NCBI GenBank assembly: GCA_012727955.1
Contig: JAAYGB010000008.1
Span: 2,111-66,110 of the forward strand
Direction of reading: 5' to 3'
Length of the DNA stretch: 64,000 bases
Origin: Bacillota bacterium
GTDB taxonomy: Bacteria; Bacillota; Limnochordia; DTU087; JAAYGB01
Part shown: one piece after another, positions 35,733-45,261 of the stretch
How positions within the stretch are numbered: the first letter of the stretch is position 1
How the letters are laid out: every line of letters starts with the position of its first letter
Position numbers and translations under genes: made by a program
Notes under the pieces: model-generated
What the model was told of the DNA's origin: nothing
The model's input: only the letters and a program-made list of their open reading frames with translations
Databases searched by the model: none

Positions 35733-36521
35733 TCAAACTACTGCATGACGAATCCGCTCTAAGCGGCTCCGCAGTTTGGCCACCGCTTGGGTATGGATTT
35801 GAGACACTCGAGATTCAGTGACGGATAACACCTCACCAATTTCCCGCAAGGTCAACTTCTCGTAGTAATATAGGGTGATCACTTGCCGCTCTCTCTCTGA
35901 CAGCGCCTCTATCGCCTGGGCCAAAGTAGCCTTGACTGCCTCTACCTCTAGGTCATGCCCCGGTTCCGGCAGTTTGGTATCCTCAACCATGTCACCCAGT
36001 CGCAGGAAATCGTCTTCGCCGCCTTCTCCCCAGAGCTCATCGAGGGAGGTGATGGTGGTGGACTTGACCTCATCAAGCATTTCGTAATACTCTTCCTTGC
36101 TGAGGTTCAGGGCCTTGGCAATCTCATCCTCCGAAGCACTTCTCCCTAGACGAAACTCTAACTCCGCCACAGTTCTCTCTAGTCTTCTCGCCTTAGCTCG
36201 TACCGATCGCGGTACCCAGTCGGCAGCTCGCAACCCATCGATAATTGCTCCCCGGATACGAACTGTAGCATAGGATTCGAACTTGATGCCTCGGTTAGGA
36301 TCGAACTTATCCACTGCATCCAAGAGACCAAAGATACCGTAGCTGATCAAGTCTTCCATATCGACGGAATTAGGCATCCCGATTGCCACACGGCCCGCGG
36401 TGTACTTGACTAATCCTGTATACCGAAGAATCAGTTGATCTCGGGCGCTGTAATCACCATAGTCCTTATATCTCTCCCAAAGGGACGCTTCACTTGGTGG
36501 TTGTTGTTTCAACTCAATCAT
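35733..36521 (-). CDS. fliA: FliA/WhiG-family flagellar sigma factor (SigD type)
   Basis: DLISYGIFGLLDAVDKFDPNRGIKFESYATVRIRGAIID (region 2) and LTLREIGEVLSVTESRVSQIHTQAV (region 4.2 HTH). It is the last gene of the flagellar block. Confidence 0.9.
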   Translation of the reverse strand: MIELKQQPPSEASLWERYKDYGDYSARDQLILRYTGLVKYTAGRVAIGMPNSVDMEDLISYGIFGLLDAVDKFDPNRGIKFESYATVRIRGAIIDGLRAADWVPRSVRAKARRLERTVAELEFRLGRSASEDEIAKALNLSKEEYYEMLDEVKSTTITSLDELWGEGGEDDFLRLGDMVEDTKLPEPGHDLEVEAVKATLAQAIEALSERERQVITLYYYEKLTLREIGEVLSVTESRVSQIHTQAVAKLRSRLERIRHAVV

Positions 36522-36590
36522 TATCCCCGCCCCTTTTCATGAGAATTACTAGACAGACCCTGAATCGGCCGTCCCTGCTGCCTCCGAAAA

Positions 36591-37490
36591 CTACCTCGTC
36601 CTTCCGATACTAAGCCCCACGATCCGCTGCAAAAGCAGCTTCATACCGCCGACCCCTTCCTGTTGTTGCTCCTCATCGACGATACGATGGGCCAGGTCAT
36701 TAATTGCCCGAGACGCTGCACACCTTGGGTAACGGAGCAAAAAGGGCTGCTGCTGCCTAATGGCGTTACGAACCATAGGATCTTCTGGGATTGCCCCACG
36801 ATACTTGATCTCCATGCCCAAGAACCTATTTACCGTAACGCTAATTCTGTCGTAAACCCCCTGAGCCTGTTTCTTGCTGCTAACCATATTGACCACCAAG
36901 CCAATGTTGGCAGCCTTATTCCGGTTGGCGATTACCTTGATAAGGCCGTAGGCATCGGTAATTGCCGTAGGATCCACGGTGGTAACCACCAGTATCTCCT
37001 GGGCCGCCAGAACGAAGGTCATTACCGCATGGGCAATTCCCGCCCCGGAATCGATGATAATCACATCAAACTCGGCATCTAAGATCTGAAGGGAATCCAC
37101 CAACCGCTTTAGGCGCCACCGGCTTAGATTAGCCAAATCTTCGAGTCCCGTCCCGCCGGCCAGTAACATCAAACCCTCGGGTCCTTCCGTCAGGGCCTCC
37201 ATCAGGGATTTCTGTCCCGACAAGACATGGGTGAGGTTATACCGTGGGATCCGGTTGAGAACTATGTCCACATTTGCTAACCCCATATCGGCATCGAGAA
37301 TCACCACTCGCTTGCCCAGTCTAACCAAACTCAAGCCGAGATTCACCGCTAGATTAGTCTTGCCGACTCCACCCTTTCCCGAGGCCACCGCCAGGATCTT
37401 AGCCCCACCCTCCCGCTGACCCTTGGAAGTGGCGGTTTGCAGTAACCTCTGTAGACCCTCGGCTTGTCCAGTTGGAATACTATCCCTCAT
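36591..37490 (-). CDS. flhG: MinD/ParA-family flagellar number regulator FlhG (YlxH)
   Basis: Deviant Walker A ILAVASGKGGVGKTNLAVNLG. It lies immediately after flhF with a 4-nt overlap. Confidence 0.88.
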   Translation of the reverse strand: MRDSIPTGQAEGLQRLLQTATSKGQREGGAKILAVASGKGGVGKTNLAVNLGLSLVRLGKRVVILDADMGLANVDIVLNRIPRYNLTHVLSGQKSLMEALTEGPEGLMLLAGGTGLEDLANLSRWRLKRLVDSLQILDAEFDVIIIDSGAGIAHAVMTFVLAAQEILVVTTVDPTAITDAYGLIKVIANRNKAANIGLVVNMVSSKKQAQGVYDRISVTVNRFLGMEIKYRGAIPEDPMVRNAIRQQQPFLLRYPRCAASRAINDLAHRIVDEEQQQEGVGGMKLLLQRIVGLSIGRTR

Positions 37491-38725
37491 AGGCTAACCC
37501 TTCCCATAATCAGATCAGAGATGCGGGTACCGGTGGCAACCTCGATGTGCTCAGGAACTTCCTGACCATCGGTGATAAAGGACAGGGGCTTCTTGGCCAA
37601 GGCATAGCCGTTGAGCAGGCTGCCGTAGGCCGACGTCTCATCAAGCTTGGTGTAAATCAGGTGGGTCGGGGACAGCACAGAAAATCTCCGAATAATATCG
37701 GCCAAGTCCCGATAGCGAGTAGCTGCACTGAGTACTAAGTGGACCTGGGTTAAGGGACTGCCGTCAAAGATGCGGCTCAGTTCCCGCAATTCCTCGGTAT
37801 TTTTCTGGCTGCGCCCGGCGGTGTCCACCAGGACCAGATCACAGTGCTGCAGCTGCTGCTCGACGGCCTCCTGCAAATCCTTTGCAGCAACAGCCACGAC
37901 AATGGGAATGTCAATCATGTCGGCATAGGTCTGCAGTTGTTCCACCGCCGCTACCCGGTACGTATCCATGGTAATCAGACCCACCTTCTTGTCCGATAGC
38001 AGCGCGTAATTAGCGGCGATCTTGGCAATGGTGGTGGTCTTGCCCACACCGGTGGGGCCCACCAAAGCCACGATCTCAGGCTCATCGGTCAACTGCCATG
38101 GTTCCTCCACCCTGACAATACTAGCGATCTTGTTGCGCAAGGCCTCGGCAGCTAACCCTGGGTCCTCAGCCTGGGGGCCCAATTCCGCGGCAACGCAGCG
38201 CACCAGCGACACAGCCAGTCTTTCCTCAACATCGGCATCCCGAAGCAAGTTTACCAATGGCTGCAGCTGCGAAGGAATCTCAGCTGCGTTGGTCTTCGAG
38301 GACGCCCCGTTGATCGGTTCCGAAATCTCTCCCAAGGACGCCGGGAACGGCCCCGCATCGCCGCCAGGCTTGTGCTGGGCCCGATAAAGCTCCGTCACCT
38401 TACGAGACGGTACGGTAATACCGGGGGTTTCCCCTGGTGCCGCGGTCTCCTGTTGCCAGCGATGCCCACTGCGTTTCAATTCCTGCTCAAAGGTCGATGG
38501 CCTCCCCCGCCGGCCAGAGACTGGACCGGTGTCCTTGGATCCACGGGAAGACAGTGATTTATCCAGGACGGCGACGACCTCGGCCGGGGCTGGGAAAAAG
38601 AATCGGCGCAACCCTCGGTTCCTGGCCTCTTTGGTCTGCAGAATAACCGCATCGGAACCAAACTCGGCTCGCATCTTCGCTACGGCCTCTTGCATCGTTT
38701 GGCCAACAAAGCGCTTAATCCGCAT
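37487..38725 (-). CDS. flhF: Flagellar biosynthesis SRP-like GTPase FlhF
   Basis: MRIKRFVGQTMQEAVAKMRAEFGSDAVIL (B domain) and a G domain ([34 protein letters not shown]). Confidence 0.92.
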   Translation of the reverse strand: MRIKRFVGQTMQEAVAKMRAEFGSDAVILQTKEARNRGLRRFFFPAPAEVVAVLDKSLSSRGSKDTGPVSGRRGRPSTFEQELKRSGHRWQQETAAPGETPGITVPSRKVTELYRAQHKPGGDAGPFPASLGEISEPINGASSKTNAAEIPSQLQPLVNLLRDADVEERLAVSLVRCVAAELGPQAEDPGLAAEALRNKIASIVRVEEPWQLTDEPEIVALVGPTGVGKTTTIAKIAANYALLSDKKVGLITMDTYRVAAVEQLQTYADMIDIPIVVAVAAKDLQEAVEQQLQHCDLVLVDTAGRSQKNTEELRELSRIFDGSPLTQVHLVLSAATRYRDLADIIRRFSVLSPTHLIYTKLDETSAYGSLLNGYALAKKPLSFITDGQEVPEHIEVATGTRISDLIMGRVSL

Positions 38726-40811
38726 TGCTGATGTTCACCATCCCTACTGACTGAATTTCTATCTCCGGTGAAATCTCATTAAAGGACAGTACCGGCAGCA
38801 GCGGCAGTGACCGTTCCGTTAACCGCCTAAAGGGCAACCTCGTCTGGGGCGAACAAAGCACCACCGGCTCTAACCCCGTTTCTGCCGCCTGCTGCCAGAC
38901 CATGGCCACTTCATTGAGCAAAGAACCGGCGACTCGGGGATCGAGATTGATAAAGGTTCCCCGATCGGTGTGCTCCAAAGCGGCAGCGATTTCCCGCTCT
39001 ACTATTGGATCGATGGTGATGGCATATAGCACCCCAGACTCGTCGGCAAACTGCTGGGAAATCTCCCGTCCCAAGGCTTCCCTGACCAACTCCGTTAAGT
39101 CATCGGGATCCTTGGTCATTTCGCCGTAGTCTGCTAAGGTTTCTAAGATCGTCACCAGATTACGGATGGACACTCCCTCTCGCAGCAGGTTCTGCAACAC
39201 CCGTTGGACATCGCCCAGAGAAAGCATTCCGGGAACCAACTCCTCCACCACCGCTTGGTAATCGGTTCTCATATGATCCAGTAAGGCCTTGGTCTCCTGC
39301 CGGCCCAACAACTCTGCAGCATTGGCCTTGATTATTTCCGTTAGATGGGTAGCCAGGACCGAGGGCGCATCCACCACGGTATATCCCGCCAGTTCTGCTT
39401 GCTCACGTTTCTCTTCGGTAATCCACAAAGCGGGTAAGCCAAAGGCAGGTTCGCGGGTCTGGACCCCTTCAATTTCCCGGGTGACCGCGCCGGAATCCAT
39501 GGCCAGGTAATGATTGAGCAACAGCTCACCCTTAGCCATCTGCACACCCTTGATTTTGATCACGTATTCACCGGGTTTCAATTGCATGTTGTCCCTAATC
39601 CGCACCGGTGGCACAACCAGACCCAGTTCCAGGACCAGCTGCCGGCGAATCATCGTCACCCGATCCAAGAGATCCCCGCCCTGTTCCTGATCCACCAGGG
39701 CAATTAGGCTGTAGCCAATCTCCAGTTCGATGCGATCCACCTGAAGATAGGCCAAAACATTCTCCGGTGCCTTACTGGCCTCAATTTCCTGGGCCTCCCT
39801 TTCCTGCTCCTGCAATTCGGCACTTTGCTCCTTGACCCCCGACAGGGCATAGCCAATAGCACCGAAGATAGCTCCCACGACCATGAAGGGAAGGGTCGGC
39901 AGGCCCGGCACCACTCCCAAAAGCCCCAGCACCGCTGCTGTGGTCAACAACACTTTGGAATCGGCAAAGAGCTGTTCGTTAAGTTCCGTGCCCAGGCTGG
40001 CATCGGCACCAGCCCGGGTGACGATAATTCCCGTTCCCGCAGAAATCAGCAGCGCGGGAATCTGCGAGACTAGACCGTCACCCACTGTCAGCAAAGTATA
40101 AGTCTGGAGAGCATCGGCAAAGGAAAAGCCCTGTTGGGCAACACCAACGATGATTCCACCGATAAAGTCAATAAAGACAATAATAATACCCGCGATAGCA
40201 TCTCCCTTGATAAACTTGGTGGCACCGTCCATAGCGCCGTAAAAATCCGCCTCTTGCTCGATCTTCCTACGTCGTTGGCGGGCCTGGTTCTCATCGATTA
40301 ATCCAGCGTTCAGATCAGCATCGATACTCATCTGCTTACCGGGCATTGCATCCAAGGTAAACCTTGCCGCAACTTCTGCCACCCGTTCCGCGCCCTTGGT
40401 AATCACCACGAACTGGATCACGACCAGAATAAGGAAAATCACAAATCCAACCACGTAGTTACCGCCGACAACGAAATCGCCAAAGGCTCGAACAATGTTA
40501 CCGGCATCAGCGTGCAGCAGAATCAAGCGGGTGCTAGAAACACTCAAGGCCAAACGAAACAAGGTAGCAAGCAGCAGCAATGAAGGGAAGATCGACAGCT
40601 CCAAGGCATCATGGATATTCATCGTCAACAGCAGGAGCAAGAGGGAGAGGCTGATGTTGACCGCCAATAAAACGTCCAAAAGGGCCGGGGGAATCGGCAG
40701 GACCATCATAAGCACGATCATTACAACAACTACAACTACTCCCAGATCCGAAAGCCCGGTAATTTTCTGAATGAGACCGCCGCCCTTTGATGGGGCAAAA
40801 ACCGACGCCAT
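38715..40811 (-). CDS. flhA: Flagellar type III export gate protein FlhA
   Basis: 698 aa. ARFTLDAMPGKQMSIDADLNAGLI, FYGAMDGATKFIKGDAIAGIII and a C-terminal cytoplasmic domain. Confidence 0.96.
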   Translation of the reverse strand: MASVFAPSKGGGLIQKITGLSDLGVVVVVVMIVLMMVLPIPPALLDVLLAVNISLSLLLLLLTMNIHDALELSIFPSLLLLATLFRLALSVSSTRLILLHADAGNIVRAFGDFVVGGNYVVGFVIFLILVVIQFVVITKGAERVAEVAARFTLDAMPGKQMSIDADLNAGLIDENQARQRRRKIEQEADFYGAMDGATKFIKGDAIAGIIIVFIDFIGGIIVGVAQQGFSFADALQTYTLLTVGDGLVSQIPALLISAGTGIIVTRAGADASLGTELNEQLFADSKVLLTTAAVLGLLGVVPGLPTLPFMVVGAIFGAIGYALSGVKEQSAELQEQEREAQEIEASKAPENVLAYLQVDRIELEIGYSLIALVDQEQGGDLLDRVTMIRRQLVLELGLVVPPVRIRDNMQLKPGEYVIKIKGVQMAKGELLLNHYLAMDSGAVTREIEGVQTREPAFGLPALWITEEKREQAELAGYTVVDAPSVLATHLTEIIKANAAELLGRQETKALLDHMRTDYQAVVEELVPGMLSLGDVQRVLQNLLREGVSIRNLVTILETLADYGEMTKDPDDLTELVREALGREISQQFADESGVLYAITIDPIVEREIAAALEHTDRGTFINLDPRVAGSLLNEVAMVWQQAAETGLEPVVLCSPQTRLPFRRLTERSLPLLPVLSFNEISPEIEIQSVGMVNISNAD

Positions 40812-40855
40812 CTCAGCACCCCTCCTTGCCTAGTGATACAAGAGTGATAAAAAAG

Positions 40856-42001
40856 CTAGATTCGCCTATTCCTCATTAGATAGATCACCGATAAGACCTC
40901 AGCTACCGCTTGATACAGTTCCACGGGAATCATGTCACCCACTTGGGCCGTCGTAAACAGAGCCCGAGCCAGAGGTTTGTTCTCCACAACGGGAACATTG
41001 TTCGCCCTGGCGATTTCCCTAATTCGCTGGGCCACGAACCCCGCCCCCATGGCAACAATAGTGGGAGCATCCATCGTCATCTCATCGTAACGCAGGGCAA
41101 CGGCAATTTCCGTCGGGTTGGTAATCACCACATCGGCCGTTGGTACCTGCTGCATCATGCGGCTGGCGGCAATCTGCCGCTGACGCTGCCGAATCCGAGA
41201 GCGAATTTGCGGGTCGCCTTCGGTCTGCTTTAATTCCTCTTTGACCTCTTCCTTACTCATCCGCAGGTTTAATTCATACTCATACCGCTGATACAGATAG
41301 TCCAGCAAGGCAATTGCCAGCATACTGCCCCCTACCATCATGCCAATGGTACAGATTAGATTCCAGGTAGCAGCGGCAGCCTCCGTGGGATGGGCATACA
41401 ACAGACCAACAAAATCACCGATTCGGGAACTGACGGCCCAGTAGACCAGATACCCGATGATTACGATCTTAAGTACTGCCTTGGCCAACTCTGCCAGAGC
41501 CCGTTTCGAAAAGATCCTTTTCACGCCTTCCACGGGGTTAATGCGGCTGAATTTCGGCTTCAAGCCCTCACCGATGAACATGAAGCCCACCTGCACCAAC
41601 TGACTCCCCGCCCCCAGTAACATCGCCAGTCCCATAATGGGAGCCACCACCTGCAGAAACACTGACCCAGAAACCAGGCTAATTCCCTGGAGGAACTTCT
41701 CTTCGGTAAAGGGCGTTGGCAGCCACTGGGAGAAGGATATCTGCATCAACTGAGCCAAGGGTTGTACCAGCAACCGGTCTGCGTTCCTTAACAGAAAAGA
41801 GCCGCCTAGCAAAACTAAACCGGTACCCAGTTCCATAGTCCTGGGCACGTGTCCCCGTTTCCTGGCATCCTCCCGTTTCTTCGGAGTAGCTGGCTCCGTC
41901 TTGTCGCTATCGGCGAATAACTGCAGGTTAAACTGCCACGTTGATCCTCCCAATTCGTCCCAGGATGGCTTACAGGAAACTCCGTAAGAATCTTTCCACA
42001 T
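40856..42001 (-). CDS. flhB: Flagellar export switch protein FlhB
   Basis: FNLQLFADSDKTEPATPKKREDARKRGHVPRT and the autocleavage motif in VITNPTEIAVALRY (NPTH-type, here NPTE). The start is uncertain: ATG at 42001 overlaps fliR by 32 nt, and the alternative is TTG at 41953. Confidence 0.93.
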   Translation of the reverse strand: MWKDSYGVSCKPSWDELGGSTWQFNLQLFADSDKTEPATPKKREDARKRGHVPRTMELGTGLVLLGGSFLLRNADRLLVQPLAQLMQISFSQWLPTPFTEEKFLQGISLVSGSVFLQVVAPIMGLAMLLGAGSQLVQVGFMFIGEGLKPKFSRINPVEGVKRIFSKRALAELAKAVLKIVIIGYLVYWAVSSRIGDFVGLLYAHPTEAAAATWNLICTIGMMVGGSMLAIALLDYLYQRYEYELNLRMSKEEVKEELKQTEGDPQIRSRIRQRQRQIAASRMMQQVPTADVVITNPTEIAVALRYDEMTMDAPTIVAMGAGFVAQRIREIARANNVPVVENKPLARALFTTAQVGDMIPVELYQAVAEVLSVIYLMRNRRI

Positions 42002-42683
42002 AGGTCCAAATCACTCCATCACTGGCAAAAAGCCCTGCCAAGGCCCAGATATACACCGGCATGCCAAGGGCTAGGATCAACAGCCCAACCCCAATCTTCA
42101 GGGGAAATCCAACGATGAAAACATTAATCTGGGGTACCACTCGAGCCAAGATTCCCAGAGCGATGTCGGTAAGAAGCAAAGCGGCAACCGCCGGCAAGCT
42201 CAAGGTGACGCCAATGAGAAACATCTTGATGAAGGCCTCTAAACCAACACTGGCTATCGCGGAACTAACGGGGCCAGGGCCAAGGGGAACTAGCTGAAAA
42301 CTTTTGCCCAATACCAGGATCACAATCCTGGGTCCACCGATGGCGAAAAACATCAGGGTGGCAAAGATGTTGAGAAATTGGGCGACGATGGGGACTTGGA
42401 TGCCAATATTCGGGTCCAAGACACTGACCATTCCAAAGCCCATGGGCACATCAATCAGCTGCCCAGCTACGTAAATGGCATTGAACACGATACTGACAAC
42501 AAAGCCCATCCCTAAACCGATCACCAACTCCCGCATAACCGCAATACCCAATGCTGTGATCTCCTGAATCGGTGTCGGATAGTAGGTCAACGTGGGAACC
42601 AAAAGAAGCGTGATCGCCAGAGCCACTCCGATTCGAATGGGCATCGGAACTCCCCGAGCGTTGAAGGGTGGGACCATAATCAT
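41970..42683 (-). CDS. fliR: Flagellar export protein FliR (N-terminus probably extends to 42752)
   Basis: Polytopic membrane protein with MVPPFNARGVPMPIRIGVALAITLLL.... The frame stays open upstream to a TGA at about 42783 and encodes FliR-like hydrophobic sequence (LGFEQLWPYLYWGVLCFSRIIGL), but with no ATG, GTG or TTG. See findings. Confidence 0.88.
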   Translation of the reverse strand: MIMVPPFNARGVPMPIRIGVALAITLLLVPTLTYYPTPIQEITALGIAVMRELVIGLGMGFVVSIVFNAIYVAGQLIDVPMGFGMVSVLDPNIGIQVPIVAQFLNIFATLMFFAIGGPRIVILVLGKSFQLVPLGPGPVSSAIASVGLEAFIKMFLIGVTLSLPAVAALLLTDIALGILARVVPQINVFIVGFPLKIGVGLLILALGMPVYIWALAGLFASDGVIWTYVERFLRSFL

Positions 42684-42797
42684 CAGACCGATTATTCGAC
42701 TAAAGCACAGGACTCCCCAATAAAGATAGGGCCACAGCTGTTCAAAACCCAGTTCCGCCGCCTCCCTCCCCGAAACACCTGATCACCCTACGCCGCA

Positions 42798-43067
42798 TTA
42801 CTGAACAAAGCTAGGCAGGGCCAGAAACAATCGCTGGGCAAAGTCCACCAGGATCCGAAGCATCCAGGGCCCGAACCAAACGATGGCCCCCATGATCGCC
42901 AGGATTTTCGGAATAAAGGCTAGAGTTTGTTCCTGGATTTGAGTAGTCGCTTGAAAGACACTGACTAACAATCCTACCAACAGGCCCAGGCCTAACATCG
43001 GGCCGGCTACCTTGAGGACCACCAATAACGCTTCTCGGGCCAACTCAATGATTAGACTTTCTGACAC
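42798..43067 (-). CDS. fliQ: Flagellar export protein FliQ
   Basis: 89 aa with two TM helices. VVLKVAGPMLGLGLLVGLLVSVFQATTQIQEQTLAFIPKI. Confidence 0.93.
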   Translation of the reverse strand: MSESLIIELAREALLVVLKVAGPMLGLGLLVGLLVSVFQATTQIQEQTLAFIPKILAIMGAIVWFGPWMLRILVDFAQRLFLALPSFVQ

Positions 43068-43078
43068 TTTGCTCTCTC

Positions 43079-43849
43079 CTAATTGAAGCTAACTAATAAA
43101 GACCTTGCGATCAGATTCCACCCGTCGACCATCACAAATAGCAGTATCTTAAAGGGTAACGAGATCATCACCGGAGGTAACATCAACATCCCCATGGCCA
43201 TTAACGTCGATGCCACCACCATATCGATGACGATAAAGGGAACAAAAATGACAAAGCCCAGCTGAAAGGCCGACTTTAGCTCGCTGAGAACAAAGGCCGG
43301 AATCAAAATCTGCATCGGTACCTGTTCCGGCGTTTCGGGGCGCTCGTGATTAGAAATCTCGTAAAATACCGCCAAGTCCTTCTCACGGGTATGCTTCATC
43401 ATAAACTGGCGAATCGGTCTGCTGCCCTGTTCCAACGCCTCTGCCTGACTCATCTCCCCCGACAGATAAGGTGCCAATGCCCCTTCATACACCTGGGTAA
43501 AGGTGGGAGCCATCACAAAAAAGGTCAAAAACATCGCCAAGCCAATAATCACTTGACTGGGCGGTGTCTGGTTTGTAGCCAAGGCATTGCGAATCAAAGA
43601 CAACACAATGACGATCCGAGTAAAGGAGGTCATCAACAAAAGAATCGCCGGAGCTACGGCGAGGATGGTAATCACCGCTAAGATCTGCAGCGATACCGCG
43701 GTATCTTGGGGTGAATCCGATGCCTCTACACCAAGGTGGATCTGCGGCAGTGGGACCATGGTCTGCGCCGAAGCTAAGCCGGCAAGACTAAAGAGAGCGG
43801 CCAGAACCAACCCCGAGAGCAAAATCCGCAACCATAACCTATTCCCCAC
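43079..43849 (-). CDS. fliP: Flagellar export protein FliP
   Basis: TSFTRIVIVLSLIRNALATNQTPPSQVIIGLAMFLTFFVMAP and PFKILLFVMVDGW. Confidence 0.95.
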   Translation of the reverse strand: MGNRLWLRILLSGLVLAALFSLAGLASAQTMVPLPQIHLGVEASDSPQDTAVSLQILAVITILAVAPAILLLMTSFTRIVIVLSLIRNALATNQTPPSQVIIGLAMFLTFFVMAPTFTQVYEGALAPYLSGEMSQAEALEQGSRPIRQFMMKHTREKDLAVFYEISNHERPETPEQVPMQILIPAFVLSELKSAFQLGFVIFVPFIVIDMVVASTLMAMGMLMLPPVMISLPFKILLFVMVDGWNLIARSLLVSFN

Positions 43850-44279
43850 GATCGGTCCCTCCTCTTTGCCGAAGGACCCTGCTCAGTACGTTGGCAAAAC
43901 CTCCAGCTTCTTCCTGGAAAGCAGAGTCAGCAGCTTGCCACTTAACTTCCTCCCGGTCCCACTGAGCAATGGTAGAAATCCCATCGTTGGCAACCCCCAG
44001 GAGAAAAATCTTGTCTTGAACGCCAACGAGTATCAGGCTATTGTTAGGCCCGAGAGAGACCTGTCCCAGGATCTGAATAAGACCCTGTCTGCCTCCCCCC
44101 AGCCGTCTTCCATACAGCCGCGTGACAAAAACAGCACAGGGAATAAGCAAAATAAGAGCAAACAACACTCGCACTGCTTCCCATACCAGGCTGGGACTTG
44201 TCTCACTTACCGTTGTAGCCAGGCCCAATACACTACTGTCCACCGGACAACACTCCACTCCAATACTGCGACGGATCAA
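43839..44279 (-). CDS. fliO: Flagellar biosynthesis protein FliO (FliZ of Bacillus)
   Basis: A single TM helix (VLFALILLIPCAVFVTRLYGRR) followed by LGPNNSLILVGVQDKIFLLGVANDGISTI. Its position between the switch gene and fliP fits. The start is uncertain because the ORF overlaps the preceding gene by 47 nt. Confidence 0.8.
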   Translation of the reverse strand: MIRRSIGVECCPVDSSVLGLATTVSETSPSLVWEAVRVLFALILLIPCAVFVTRLYGRRLGGGRQGLIQILGQVSLGPNNSLILVGVQDKIFLLGVANDGISTIAQWDREEVKWQAADSAFQEEAGGFANVLSRVLRQRGGTDRGE

Positions 44280-45228
44280 CTAGCTCAGTGACTCGCAGGG
44301 AAAGAACTCCGTCGAGTACCATTACTTCTCCTCGAGCAATAGTGCTGCCATTGATAAAAACTTCCACCGACTCCCCAGCCAGCTTATTCAGGGTGATGAC
44401 CGTCCCTTCTTCCCACTCGAGAATATCCCCGATTGTGCGGGTCGTCCGTCCAATTTCCACCACCACTTCCAGGGATACATCCTCCAACACTTCAATTTCC
44501 CTTGCCTCAGCGTCAGTTGCCGTGGAAGAAAAGGACTTGAGCCGAAAGGGATAGACCTGCACCGGCCGACGGGGGCTACTTGCCAGGGATTCTCTGGCAT
44601 CTATGGCAGCCAAGCTTCGACCCGTCTGTAATGCATGGACACATTTGTCCACTAATCCTGCCGCCAACCCACCCTCCAGCCAAAGATGCATCAGCACCGA
44701 CTGAGTATCAGAGAAAGACCACTCCATCGGGACCAAGACCGCTCCTTTCCCGGAGGCACAGGGAAAAGCCCGCCCCAGGTCAGAATAGGAGTGAATCGAT
44801 AGCAACGTAAGCTCAACTTCCTCTTCCAAGAAATTAGCTATCCCCTTGGTTACAGGACGCAACCATCGCAATAACAGTTCACCAACAGCCTCAACTGCTG
44901 GAACACTGGATGCCATCCCCACCTGCGAGGACATTAGTACAGTTCTATCCAACAAAGCGTGGATATCAGGCTCGTCTATGGTCACGGCACATTCTCCAGC
45001 AATGGCACCAGTCATTTGATAGCACAGGACCACACCTTCCAAGCCCTCTGGCTTTCCTAGAGCCTGTACCATATCTTCAACTTCACCATGGGAAGCTTTG
45101 CCTAGATTGACCATAGTATTGACGGCAAAGAGTTGCCTGATTGTGTCTTCCCCCCGAAGAGCAAAGCGTTTCAACAAGGAAGAAAGCATTGATAGGTTAA
45201 TCCTTTCCTTGTAGGCTCGACTAGTCAT
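44233..45228 (-). CDS. Flagellar motor switch protein: FliM/CheC-like middle domain fused to a FliN/FliY-type (SpoA) C-terminal domain
   Basis: The C-terminus LEVVVEIGRTTRTIGDILEWEEGTVITLNKLAGESVEVFINGSTIARGEVMVLDGVLSLRVTEL is a FliN/FliY signature. Residues about 15-230 align by eye with the FliM middle domain (LLKRFALRGEDTIRQLF...HALLDRTV...). It is the only switch gene between fliL and fliO. Confidence 0.8.
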   Translation of the reverse strand: MTSRAYKERINLSMLSSLLKRFALRGEDTIRQLFAVNTMVNLGKASHGEVEDMVQALGKPEGLEGVVLCYQMTGAIAGECAVTIDEPDIHALLDRTVLMSSQVGMASSVPAVEAVGELLLRWLRPVTKGIANFLEEEVELTLLSIHSYSDLGRAFPCASGKGAVLVPMEWSFSDTQSVLMHLWLEGGLAAGLVDKCVHALQTGRSLAAIDARESLASSPRRPVQVYPFRLKSFSSTATDAEAREIEVLEDVSLEVVVEIGRTTRTIGDILEWEEGTVITLNKLAGESVEVFINGSTIARGEVMVLDGVLSLRVTELVDPSQYWSGVLSGGQ

Positions 45229-45261
45229 GAGTTACCCCCACTTACAACCCAACTTTCCTTG

